This document shows, one piece after another, positions 9,205 to 18,255 of a DNA stretch of 64,000 nucleotides. The position numbers and the translations under genes are program-made. Source of the DNA: Dehalococcoidia bacterium (lineage in GTDB: Bacteria; Chloroflexota; Dehalococcoidia; UBA2979); NCBI GenBank assembly GCA_963667465.2, contig CAXXDN010000002.1, positions 992,001 to 1,056,000 of the forward strand, given 5' to 3'. The notes beneath the pieces are model-generated. The model did not search any database, was not told the DNA's origin, and was given only the letters and a program-made list of their open reading frames with translations. Position 1 is the stretch's first letter. Every line of letters starts with the position of its first letter.

Positions 9205-10929
9205 CTAGCGGTTCACGATGATGTGGCGCAGCCGCGGGATCACCATCGGCGGCTCGAACCAGCCCTCGACGGCTGCGTTCACCACGACGTGCACGCGGGA
9301 GAAGTAGAGCGGCAGCCAGGCCGCGTCCTCCACGATCACGCGTTCCGCCTCCTGGTAGAGCGCGAGCCGCGCCGCGGTGTCCTGCTCCGTGCGGGCGCGA
9401 TCGAGGATCGCGTCGACCTCGGCGTTGGAGTAGCCGACGTCGTTCAACTCGGACTCGGAGTGGAACTTCAGATCGAGGATGTCCTCGGGGTCCGGGTAGT
9501 CCATGATCCAGCCGGCGTTGAACATCTGCAGCCGGCCGGAGTCCTGGTCCTCCAGGAACGTCGCGAAGTCGGTCTGCTGGATGCGCACCTCGATGCCGAG
9601 TTCCTCGCGCCACTGCTCGATGAAGGCCTGCGTGTCGATCCGCGCCTCGGCGCCGCCGCCGACCTCGGTGATGACGATCGGCGGGAGCTCCTCGGCGGAC
9701 CCGTACTTCGACTCCGCCAGCAGCCGGCGCGCCTCGTCCGGGTCGAACTGGAAGGTCTTGTCCTGCGGGGTGTAGCCCGGCAGCTGCGGCATGAGGATGC
9801 CGGTGGCCGGCGCGATCATGTTCTTGAACGTCACCTCGGCGATCAGCTTGCGGTCGATCGAGAGCCCGAGGGCGCGGCGCACGTTCACGTCGTCGAACGG
9901 CGGCACCTGCGTGTTGAACGCCAGGTACGAGATCGTGAACTGGCTGAACTCCTGGTAGAGCGGCCCGATGTCGCTGTCCGGATCGCGCGCCCGATCGATG
10001 TCGTTCACGGAGATAAAGGCAATGTCCAGTTCGCCGTTCTCGAAGCGCGTCAGCGTCGATCCGCCGGCCAGCTCGTAGAGCACCTCGCGCACCGACGGCT
10101 CGCCGAAGTGGAAGCGCGGGTTGGCGCGCAGCACGATCCGCTCGCCGATGCGCCACTCCTGCAGCCGGTACGGGCCGGTGCCGATCGGGCGGCGCGTCCA
10201 GCCGCGCGGGTTGCTCTCGATCTGCTGCTGATCGACGACGAAGGCCGTCGGATACGTGAGCTTCGCGAGGAAGTAGGGCTTCGGCTCGTCGATCGTGAAG
10301 CGAACGGTCCGATCGTCGATCACCTCGATGCCTTCGATCGTCTCCGCAAGCCCGTAGAAGTGCTCGCGCACGCCGATGATGTCGCCGAGGTAGGCGAGCG
10401 CAGTGGGCGAGGCAAGCTCCGGCGAGGCGGCGCGCTGGATCGACCAGCGCACGTCCTCTGCATTCACGCGGCGGCCGTTGTGGAAGAGGATGTCGTCGCG
10501 CAGCGTGAACGTGTATTGCAGCCCGTCCGGGCTGATCTCGACCGACTCGGCGAGGTCGAGCTCGATGCTCAGATCGGGCGAGAGCGTAACGAGGCCGTTG
10601 AACACCTCGACGATGTACTCGGCCGAGCCGGAGTCGCCGGCGATGTGCGGGTCGAGGGTGACCGGGTCGCTGCCCGGGAGGCGCAGCCGGCCCGCTGCGC
10701 TCGCGGCGCCTCCGCCGCTGTCACCGCCATCGCCGCTGTCCCCGGCGGCTCCGTCGTCGCTACCCGCACCTCCGGTATCGGTGGTGATCCCGGCAGCGGC
10801 GGTGGGCTCGGCGGCGCCGTCGTCGTCACCTCCGCCAAGCAAGAGCGCGGCGGAGAGTCCGCCGATGATCAACACGAGGGCCGCGAGGACCCCGAGCATG
10901 ATGACGATGATGCGGTTCTGTCCGCCCAC
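9205..10929 (-). CDS. Family 5 ABC substrate-binding protein (OppA-like), N-terminal membrane anchor
   Basis: TLDPH, DLAES...YTFTLR, IGTGPY, W..DYPDP. Confidence 0.93.
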   Translation of the reverse strand: MGGQNRIIVIMLGVLAALVLIIGGLSAALLLGGGDDDGAAEPTAAAGITTDTGGAGSDDGAAGDSGDGGDSGGGAASAAGRLRLPGSDPVTLDPHIAGDSGSAEYIVEVFNGLVTLSPDLSIELDLAESVEISPDGLQYTFTLRDDILFHNGRRVNAEDVRWSIQRAASPELASPTALAYLGDIIGVREHFYGLAETIEGIEVIDDRTVRFTIDEPKPYFLAKLTYPTAFVVDQQQIESNPRGWTRRPIGTGPYRLQEWRIGERIVLRANPRFHFGEPSVREVLYELAGGSTLTRFENGELDIAFISVNDIDRARDPDSDIGPLYQEFSQFTISYLAFNTQVPPFDDVNVRRALGLSIDRKLIAEVTFKNMIAPATGILMPQLPGYTPQDKTFQFDPDEARRLLAESKYGSAEELPPIVITEVGGGAEARIDTQAFIEQWREELGIEVRIQQTDFATFLEDQDSGRLQMFNAGWIMDYPDPEDILDLKFHSESELNDVGYSNAEVDAILDRARTEQDTAARLALYQEAERVIVEDAAWLPLYFSRVHVVVNAAVEGWFEPPMVIPRLRHIIVNR

Positions 10930-10988
10930 GGAGCCCTCCGCCCGCTTGCGACCCGCTCATCGTCGTCGCGATAGCGAGTCTCAGGGGA

Positions 10989-12821
10989 TCATACGTCAGT
11001 GGCGCCGCCCAACGCTTGCGCCTCCGGTGTCAGGGCGACGTGCACATCGGTGAGTTGCTGCGCCTCGACCGTGCTCGGCGCACCGGTCAGCGGATCCGAG
11101 GCCGTCTTCGTCTTCGGGAAGGCGATCACCTCGCGAATGTCCCGCTCGCCCGCGAGCAACGCCGCCGTGCGGTCGATGCCGAGCGCGATGCCCCCGTGGG
11201 GCGGCGCGCCGAAGGTGAACGCCTGAAGCATGTGGCCGAAGCGCTCCTCCGCCTCCGCCTCGTCCAGGTCGAGGGCGCGCAGCACGCGCATGAGCCGCTC
11301 GCGGCGGTGGATCCGGATCGACCCCGATCCGATCTCCTGGCCGTTGCACACCAGGTCGTAGGCGCGTGAGCGGACGCCGCCGGGATCCGTCTCCAGCAGC
11401 TCGTCGTCCTCCTCGTAGGGTGAGGTGAAGAGATGATGGACGGCGCTCCAGCGCGTATCCGCGGCGTCGCGCTCGAACATCGGGAAGTCCGTGATCAGCG
11501 CGAAGGCGAGGACGTTCGGGTCGGCGAGCTCGCGCTGCTCGGCGACGTGGCGCAGCAGCCCGTCCAGCACCCGCGAGGTCACCGCGTCGCGGTCGGCGAC
11601 GATCAGCAGCATGTCGCCGCGGCGCGCGCCACAGGTCGCGCCGAGCGCGGCCAGCGTCTCGCCGTCGATGAAGCGCTTCGCCGGCGAGCGTGTCTGCTCG
11701 TGCAGCTCCTCAGGCGACACGCTGTCGAGGTCGCCCTCGCCGTCGAAGGCGATCCAGATCAGGCCTCCGGCGCCCAGCTCCTGGGCGAGCTCGACCAGCG
11801 CGTCCGCCCCCCGGCGCGGCGTATCGGCGCCGCCGGGGACGGCGAAGCCGCGCACGCGCCCACCGCCGGCGATCGTGTTGCGGAAGACGCCGAACTCCGA
11901 GTCCGCGACGAGCGCGCTGAGGTCGCGGAGTTCGATGCCGATGCGGAGGTCCGGCTTGTCGGAACCGTAGCGCTCCATCGCCTCGGTCCAGGTCATGCGG
12001 GGGAACGGCGTCGGCGTCCGGAAGTGACTGCCCTCGGTGAGCGCCAGCTCGCTGTAGAGGCCCTCGATCAGGTCGAGCACGTCGTCCTGCTCGACGAACG
12101 CCAGCTCGAGGTCGAGCTGGGTGAACTCGGGCTGGCGGTCGGCGCGCAGATCCTCGTCGCGGTAGCAGCGTGCGATCTGGAAGTAGCGCTCCTGTCCGGC
12201 CACCACCAGCAGCTGCTTCCACTGCTGCGGAGACTGTGGCAGCGCGTAGAAGCGGCCGGGGTGGACGCGGCTGGGCACCAGGTAGTCGCGCGCGCCCTCG
12301 GGAGTCGCGAGGCCCAGCACCGGCGTCTCGATCTCGACGAAATCGCGGTCGCCGAGGTAGTTGCGGATGAAGCGCACCACGCGATGGCGCAGCACGATGT
12401 TGGCGGCCATGCGCTCGCGGCGCAGGTCCAGGTAGCGGTAGCGCAGGCGCGTCGCCTCGTCGACCGGCGTGTCCTGGTTGATCGGGAAGGGCGGCGTCTC
12501 CGCCTCGTTGAGCACCCGCGCCTCGCGCACCGCGACCTCGACGCCACCGGTCGCCAGCTCCGGGTTCACCGTCTCCGCCGTGCGCTCGACGACCCGGCCG
12601 GCGATCTGCACGACGTACTCGCTGCGTAGCGCGGAGGCGACCGCGAAGGCATCGGGCGCGTCCTCGGGGTGGAAGACGGCCTGCACGATGCCGCTGAAGT
12701 CGCGCAGGTCGATGAAGACGAGCCCGCCGTGGTCGCGCCGGCGGTGGACCCAGCCCGCGAGGACCACGTCCTGGCCGGCGTGCCCCGGGCGGAGTAGCCC
12801 TGCTTCGAAGTCGCGCAGCAT
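10989..12821 (-). CDS. aspS: Aspartate--tRNA ligase
   Basis: GWVHRRRDHGG, LRYRYLDLR, ALPQSPQ, RQPEFTQ, PPHGGIALG; start at ATG 12821. Confidence 0.97.
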   Translation of the reverse strand: MLRDFEAGLLRPGHAGQDVVLAGWVHRRRDHGGLVFIDLRDFSGIVQAVFHPEDAPDAFAVASALRSEYVVQIAGRVVERTAETVNPELATGGVEVAVREARVLNEAETPPFPINQDTPVDEATRLRYRYLDLRRERMAANIVLRHRVVRFIRNYLGDRDFVEIETPVLGLATPEGARDYLVPSRVHPGRFYALPQSPQQWKQLLVVAGQERYFQIARCYRDEDLRADRQPEFTQLDLELAFVEQDDVLDLIEGLYSELALTEGSHFRTPTPFPRMTWTEAMERYGSDKPDLRIGIELRDLSALVADSEFGVFRNTIAGGGRVRGFAVPGGADTPRRGADALVELAQELGAGGLIWIAFDGEGDLDSVSPEELHEQTRSPAKRFIDGETLAALGATCGARRGDMLLIVADRDAVTSRVLDGLLRHVAEQRELADPNVLAFALITDFPMFERDAADTRWSAVHHLFTSPYEEDDELLETDPGGVRSRAYDLVCNGQEIGSGSIRIHRRERLMRVLRALDLDEAEAEERFGHMLQAFTFGAPPHGGIALGIDRTAALLAGERDIREVIAFPKTKTASDPLTGAPSTVEAQQLTDVHVALTPEAQALGGATDV

Positions 12822-12954
12822 CGTTTGTCGAGTCTCGCACGGGGGCCGGGGGCGGGCCAGCGTGCGAGCCGCCTCGTTGCCCGCGTTCCCCACACCTCGC
12901 CGCGCCTGTACGCTGACCGCGAGGCGCCGGGGGCGCCGGAGACCGGGTCGAGGC

Positions 12955-14160
12955 ATGACGCAGGCGCTCTCGCTCTATCTGCACATCCCGTTCTGCACCG
13001 CGAAGTGCGGCTACTGCGACTTCAACTCCTACGAGGGCCTCGACCACCTCGTGCCGGACTACACGCCCGCGCTGGTGCGCGAACTCGGCCTTTGGGCGCC
13101 CGCCGCCCGCGAGTTCGAGGTGCGCACGATCTTCTTCGGCGGCGGCACGCCCAGCCTCAGTTCGCTCGACGACATGCGCACGCTCGCGGACGCGATCCGC
13201 GAGCGCTACGCCATCGCCCCGGATGCGGAGTGGACGATCGAGGCGAACCCGACCGACCTGAGCCGCGAGCACCTCGAGGGCTTGCGCGAGATGGGCTTCA
13301 ACCGGCTCTCGATCGGCATCCAGTCGCTGCACGCTGACGAGCTCGAGTTGCTCGATCGCGAGCACTCGGGCGAGCGTGCCCTCGACGCGCTGCGCGACGC
13401 CCGCGCGGCGGGCTTCGAGAACGTCAACGCGGACCTGATCTTCGGGCTGATCAAGCAGCCACTGAGCCGCTGGCAGGAGACGCTCGAGGGCATCCTCGCC
13501 GTTCGGCCTGAGCACATCTCCTGCTACGCCCTCACCATCGAGCCAGGGACGGCCCTCTACTACCGTGTACAGAAGGGCCAGCTGCCGGAGCCCGACCCGG
13601 ACGTGGTCGCAGACCAGTACGAATGGACGCGCGACCGCCTCGCCGGCGAGGGCTACCGGCAGTACGAGATCTCGAATTGGGCGCGACCCGGCCTGGCCTG
13701 CCGTCACAACCTCGTCTACTGGCGCGCGCAGCCCTACCTCGGCATCGGCGCGGGCGCGCACTCCTTCTTCGCCGGGCAGCGCCTCGCCAACGTCGACTCG
13801 CCCGCCCGCTACGTCGAGCTCGTCAACGCCTCGCACGAGGAGCGCGAGCGGGACGGGCGCGGCGCGCTGCAGCAGATCGCCGGCGGCGAGACGCCGGACG
13901 CGGCAACGCTGTGGGCGGACGCGCTGATCCTCGGGCTGCGGTTACTCGAGGGCGTCGACGCCGCCGAGTTCGCCTCGCGCTTCGGCGTCTCGCTACGCGA
14001 GGCGTTCGGCCCGGCGATTGAGCGGCACACCTCGATCGGACTGCTCGAATGGTCGGGCGACCGGCTGCGCCTCAGCGAGCGCGGCCTGCTGCTGGCGAAC
14101 GAGGTCTTCGTCGACCTGCTGCCGGAGTCGGAGGCCGCAGCCGCCGTCGCGCCCGGCTAA
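12955..14160 (+). CDS. hemW: Radical SAM heme chaperone HemW
   Basis: LYLHIPFCTAKCGYCDFN, GGGTPS, YEISN, HNLVYW. Confidence 0.93.
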   Translation: MTQALSLYLHIPFCTAKCGYCDFNSYEGLDHLVPDYTPALVRELGLWAPAAREFEVRTIFFGGGTPSLSSLDDMRTLADAIRERYAIAPDAEWTIEANPTDLSREHLEGLREMGFNRLSIGIQSLHADELELLDREHSGERALDALRDARAAGFENVNADLIFGLIKQPLSRWQETLEGILAVRPEHISCYALTIEPGTALYYRVQKGQLPEPDPDVVADQYEWTRDRLAGEGYRQYEISNWARPGLACRHNLVYWRAQPYLGIGAGAHSFFAGQRLANVDSPARYVELVNASHEERERDGRGALQQIAGGETPDAATLWADALILGLRLLEGVDAAEFASRFGVSLREAFGPAIERHTSIGLLEWSGDRLRLSERGLLLANEVFVDLLPESEAAAAVAPG

Positions 14161-14175
14161 CGGCGGCCACCGCGC

Positions 14176-14457
14176 ATGGCGATCGATGTCTACCGCTGCT
14201 CGCACTGCGGCCGCGAGGTGCTGGTACGCCCACCGGGCCCGATCAGCCGCGCGGAGGCCGCGCGCCGCGTGGACGAGGAGTTGCGCGCCGCGGCCAGCGG
14301 CCCGCGCGGCCGCCTCAGCCCGCACTTCCGCCTGCGCGACGACATCTGGGTCGGTGTCTCGCAGCTGCGCGGCGAGGTGCCGCGCCGCGAGCTGCCCGCG
14401 TGCTGCCCCGCCTGCTCCCGCGACGGAACACTCGAGGAATCCCGAACGATCGAGTAG
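14176..14457 (+). CDS. Small hypothetical protein with terminal CxxC pairs (split zinc ribbon)
   Basis: CSHC near N-terminus, CPAC near C-terminus; fills the gap between hemW and HDAC gene. Confidence 0.7.
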   Translation: MAIDVYRCSHCGREVLVRPPGPISRAEAARRVDEELRAAASGPRGRLSPHFRLRDDIWVGVSQLRGEVPRRELPACCPACSRDGTLEESRTIE

Positions 14458-14467
14458 TCGCGACGCC

Positions 14468-15508
14468 TCAGTTGAGGCCGGCGGCCGAGCGTGCGGCTGC
14501 AATCACCGCATCGATCTCGCTCAAAAGCTCCGGCCGGCCCGCTCCCTGCTCAGGGTCCGGCGTCGGCTCGTCGCCGAGCAGCAGCTCGCAGAGCGCCTGC
14601 GCGCAGCAGGCCAGCGCGTGCTCGTCGTAGCCGCCCTCGAGGATGGCGACGAGGCGGCCCTCGCAGAGCCGCTCGGCCGCCTCGAGGATCAGCTTTGCGA
14701 CCGCTGTGTAGCCCTCGGTCGAGACGGCAAGCGCGCCGAGCGGGTCGCGCGCGTGCGAGTCCCAGCCGCAGGACACGAGCACGAGTTGCGGCTGGAAGGC
14801 CTCGAGGGCAGGCACTGCTACCCGCTGGTACGCGGCGCGGAACGCTCGATCGCCCGCGCCGTGCGGCAGCGGGATGTTGATCTTCGTGCCGGCGGCATCG
14901 CCAAGCCCGTGCTCGGCGACCGCGCCCGTGCCGGGGTAGTAGGGGTAGGCGTGCGTGCTCACGTAGAGCACGCGCGGGTCGGCATCGAAGATCGCCTGCG
15001 TCCCGTTGCCGTGGTGGAGGTCCCAGTCGACGACCGCGACCCGCTCGAGGCCCCTCGCGAGGGCGTCCGCGGCGGCGATGGCGACCTGGTTGTAGAGGCA
15101 GAACCCCATCGAACGATCGCGCGTCGCGTGGTGCCCGGGCGGCCGTGCCGCGACGAAGGCGCTCCGCGCCGAACCAGCGACGACAGCCCCGGTCGCCGCG
15201 AGGGCAGCCCCGGCGGCTCGCCGCGCCGCCGCCGGCGAGTACTCCCCGACGAACGTGTCGGCGTCGATCCAGCCGCCGCCGGCGGCGTGCTGCGCCTCGA
15301 CGGTGTCGAGCACTCGGCGGTCGTGGACCGCGAGCAGCTCCTCGTCAGTCGCGTCGCGCCCCGGCAGGCGCTTCATACGCGCGAGCAGGCCCGTCGTCTC
15401 GAGGCGCTCGAGGATCGCGGCGAGCCGCGCCGGGCGCTCGGGGTGCGGGGCGCCGCCGGGGGGCTGGTGGGAGAGATAGAGCGCGTCGGTGCTGAAGGCG
15501 ACGGTCAC
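14468..15508 (-). CDS. Histone deacetylase-family protein
   Basis: HPERPAR, RPPGHHA, GFC, DWDLHHGNGTQ, DSHARDPL, LEGGY. Confidence 0.95.
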   Translation of the reverse strand: MTVAFSTDALYLSHQPPGGAPHPERPARLAAILERLETTGLLARMKRLPGRDATDEELLAVHDRRVLDTVEAQHAAGGGWIDADTFVGEYSPAAARRAAGAALAATGAVVAGSARSAFVAARPPGHHATRDRSMGFCLYNQVAIAAADALARGLERVAVVDWDLHHGNGTQAIFDADPRVLYVSTHAYPYYPGTGAVAEHGLGDAAGTKINIPLPHGAGDRAFRAAYQRVAVPALEAFQPQLVLVSCGWDSHARDPLGALAVSTEGYTAVAKLILEAAERLCEGRLVAILEGGYDEHALACCAQALCELLLGDEPTPDPEQGAGRPELLSEIDAVIAAARSAAGLN

Positions 15509-16278
15509 CGCGGATCGTCGTCGAACTCCTCGGTGTCGTCGGGCTCGTCCGGTTCGTCCGGCTCGTCCGGTTCGTCCGGTTCGTCCGGTTCGTCCGCCTC
15601 ATCCGGGTCGCCCAGGTCGCCCAGGTCGCGCGGCTCGTCCGCCTCGTCCGGGTCGCCCAGGTCGTCGAGCTCGTCCGGTTCGTCCATGTCGCCCGCGTCG
15701 TCGGGCTCATCGGGCTCGTCCAGCTCGTCCGCGTCCTCGGTGAGTGGGAGACGAATGGCCGCGGTCGGGAACTCGGGATTGTTCGGGTTCTCGACCTGGT
15801 AGACGTCTACGATCCCGCTGTCGACCATCAGGTCCATCAGGGAGCGCAGCTCCCCCTGCCTGATCTCACCGACGACCTGTGGTAGCAGCTGGTCCCGGTA
15901 GTACTTCAGTCCGACGAACGGGAGACTCGACTCCAGCGACTCGATCTGGTCAGCGATGTCCTCCTGGTGGCGAACAAGTAACCCGCGGAGGTCCGCACGC
16001 GGCTCCACGCGCCGGGGCGGCTCCTCGCTCGCCCACCCGCGTCGAGGCGGCTCGTCGCCTGTCCAGCCGCGCCGGGGTGGCCCGTCCTCCACGAACGCGC
16101 GCCGGGGTGGCTCGTCTCTCTCCAGTTCGCGGCGCGACGGCAGGTCATCGTCGGGCTCGCCTTCGAGCCTCGCCAGCGCCTCGATCGCGTCTTCGAGCTG
16201 CGCGATGCGGGCGTCCAGCCGGTCGCGTTCCTCGAACGCTTCCACCAGCTCCTGACGGAGAGAGTCGATCGAAACCAT
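15505..16278 (-). CDS. Hypothetical acidic protein (coiled coil, EPPRR repeats, globular domain, DEP tail)
   Basis: 257-aa ORF with GGAG RBS; GTGA overlap with HDAC start. Confidence 0.8.
   Translation of the reverse strand: MVSIDSLRQELVEAFEERDRLDARIAQLEDAIEALARLEGEPDDDLPSRRELERDEPPRRAFVEDGPPRRGWTGDEPPRRGWASEEPPRRVEPRADLRGLLVRHQEDIADQIESLESSLPFVGLKYYRDQLLPQVVGEIRQGELRSLMDLMVDSGIVDVYQVENPNNPEFPTAAIRLPLTEDADELDEPDEPDDAGDMDEPDELDDLGDPDEADEPRDLGDLGDPDEADEPDEPDEPDEPDEPDEPDDTEEFDDDPR
15530..15735. repeat. Imperfect 9-bp tandem repeat (TCGTCCGGT) encoding DEP
   Basis: Direct reading of 15536-15600 and degenerate copies to about 15735. Confidence 0.9.
16009..16116. repeat. 30-bp period repeat x~4 encoding (D/E)(E/G)PPRR decapeptides
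   Basis: GCGCCGGGG(C/T)GGC-like units at 16009, 16039, 16069, 16099. Confidence 0.85.
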
Positions 16279-16319
16279 AGAGTCAACTCCAATGTTTATG
16301 TCGATTCTCTACTCTACTC

Positions 16320-16348
16320 AGGCTGGCCGTTCGCCACACGGATGTCAA
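16320..16348 (-). promoter_or_regulatory. Sigma70-type promoter for acidic protein-HDAC operon
   Basis: TTGACA-N17-CAGCCT on minus strand. Confidence 0.55.
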
Positions 16349-16392
16349 GGACCAAGGGCGATTCTGCGCCCGCGTCCCGGTAGACTCCGGCC

Positions 16393-18237
16393 ATGTACGT
16401 CATCGGTACCGCCGGGCATGTCGACCACGGAAAGTCCGCCCTCGTGGAGGCCCTGACGGGCATCCACCCGGACCGCTTGCGCGAGGAGCGTGAGCGCGGC
16501 CTCACCATCGAGCTCGGCTTCGCCTGGCTGACGCTCCCCTCCGGGCGCGAGGTCTCGATCGTCGACGTGCCGGGGCACGTCCGCTTCGTCCGTCACATGC
16601 TCGCCGGCGTCGGCGCAATCGACCTCGCCCTGCTGGTCGTCGCCGCCGACGAGGGCGTGATGCCGCAGACGCGGGAGCACCTCGAGATTCTCGACCTGCT
16701 GGAGCTGCGGCGCGGCGTCATCGCGCTCACCAAGCTCGATCTTGTCGAGGAGGAGGAGTGGGCGGAGCTGGTCGAGGAGGAGCTGCGCGAGCTGCTCGCC
16801 GGCACGTCGCTCGCGGGATCGCCGATCGTGCGCACGTCCGCTGCCAGCGGCGCCGGCCTCGAGGAGCTGCGAGCCGCCCTGGACGAGGCGCTGGCGGCCA
16901 GCCCCGAGCCGCGCGACGTAGGCAGGCCGCGCTTCGGCATCGACCGTGTGTTCACGATGCCCGGCTTCGGCACGGTCGTGACCGGCACGCTGCTCGACGG
17001 GCGGCTGCGCACGGGCGAGCCCGTCGAGGCAGTGCCCGGTGGCCCGGAGGCGCGGATCCGGGGCTTGCAGACGCACCAGGAGACGATCGAGGAAGCGCTG
17101 CCCGGCACCCGCGTCGCGATCAACCTCGCCGGCGTCGGCACCGACCAGTTGAGCCGCGGGCAGGTGCTCGCGCGTCCCGGCGAGCTGCGCCCCGCGACGA
17201 CGATCGAGGTGCGCGTGCGCGCCCTCGCGCGGCGCGCGCTGAGGCACAACCTGCGCGTGACCGTGCACCTCGGCGCCGCCGAGACGCAGGGCCGGCTGCG
17301 CGTCCTCGGAGCCGACGAGGTACCACCCGGCGCCGAGGGCTGGTGCCAGATCCAGCTCGCACCCGCCCTCGCTGCCTCGCCGGGCGACCGCTTCGTGCTG
17401 CGCGTCTCCGACCAGACGGTCGGCGGTGGCCGCGTGCTCGAGGTCAACAGCGGCCGCCGCCGCCGCACCGACCCGGCGGTCGTGGAGCGGCTGCGGCGCC
17501 TCGCCGAGGGCTCGCCCGAGGGCGAGACGCTGGCCGCGCTCGAAGGCGTCGAGCCGGCGACGCTCGCGCGGCTCGCCGCAATCGGCGACCTGGACAACGA
17601 GGCCCTCGCGGGCGCAATCGAGGCACTGATCGCCGGCGGCGACGCGGTCGCGCTCGAGCACCCGGACGGGACGCCGCGCTACGTCAGCGCGGCCGGCCTC
17701 GAGCGCCTGCGCACGCGCATCGCACGCGCGCTCGATGACTACGAGCGCGCGCATCCGCTGCGGCTCGCCATGCCCGCCGGCGAGCTGCGCGCGCGCGTCC
17801 GCCTGGAGCCCGACGCGCTGGCGGCGCTGCTCGGTGCGCTCGCCCCGCAGATCGAGACGCGTGGCGCGGGGGTCGCGCGGGCAGACTGGTCGCCGCAACC
17901 GACGGCGGCGCAGCGGCGTACTGCGGACGAGGCAATCGCCACCCTCGGCGCTGCGGGCCTCAGCCCGCCCCGCAGCGACCTCGATCCCGAGCTGCTCGGC
18001 TACCTCGGCGCCACGGGGCACGTGGTCGACTGCGGCGACGGCGTCGTCTTCGCGGCGGGGCGCTTCGCCGAGGCGCGCGAGGCGATCGTCGCGCTCATCA
18101 CCAGCGAAGGCAGCGTGACGCTCGCCGGCGCACGGGACGCTCTCGGCACCAACCGGCGCACCGCGCAGGCGCTGCTCGAACGCCTCGATCGCGAGGGCGT
18201 GACGACGCGCCGGGGTGACGAGCGTGTGCTTCGGTAG
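16393..18237 (+). CDS. selB: Selenocysteine-specific elongation factor SelB
   Basis: GTAGHVDHGKS, ERERGLTIELGF, DVPGH, C-terminal winged-helix ...LDREGVT.RRGDER. Confidence 0.96.
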   Translation: MYVIGTAGHVDHGKSALVEALTGIHPDRLREERERGLTIELGFAWLTLPSGREVSIVDVPGHVRFVRHMLAGVGAIDLALLVVAADEGVMPQTREHLEILDLLELRRGVIALTKLDLVEEEEWAELVEEELRELLAGTSLAGSPIVRTSAASGAGLEELRAALDEALAASPEPRDVGRPRFGIDRVFTMPGFGTVVTGTLLDGRLRTGEPVEAVPGGPEARIRGLQTHQETIEEALPGTRVAINLAGVGTDQLSRGQVLARPGELRPATTIEVRVRALARRALRHNLRVTVHLGAAETQGRLRVLGADEVPPGAEGWCQIQLAPALAASPGDRFVLRVSDQTVGGGRVLEVNSGRRRRTDPAVVERLRRLAEGSPEGETLAALEGVEPATLARLAAIGDLDNEALAGAIEALIAGGDAVALEHPDGTPRYVSAAGLERLRTRIARALDDYERAHPLRLAMPAGELRARVRLEPDALAALLGALAPQIETRGAGVARADWSPQPTAAQRRTADEAIATLGAAGLSPPRSDLDPELLGYLGATGHVVDCGDGVVFAAGRFAEAREAIVALITSEGSVTLAGARDALGTNRRTAQALLERLDREGVTTRRGDERVLR

Positions 18238-18255
18238 TCGCGCTGCCGAAGGCAG

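Noticed and set aside
15530-16116. Repeats as possible CRISPR array
   Set aside because: Frame-preserving coding repeats with no unique spacers and no cas genes
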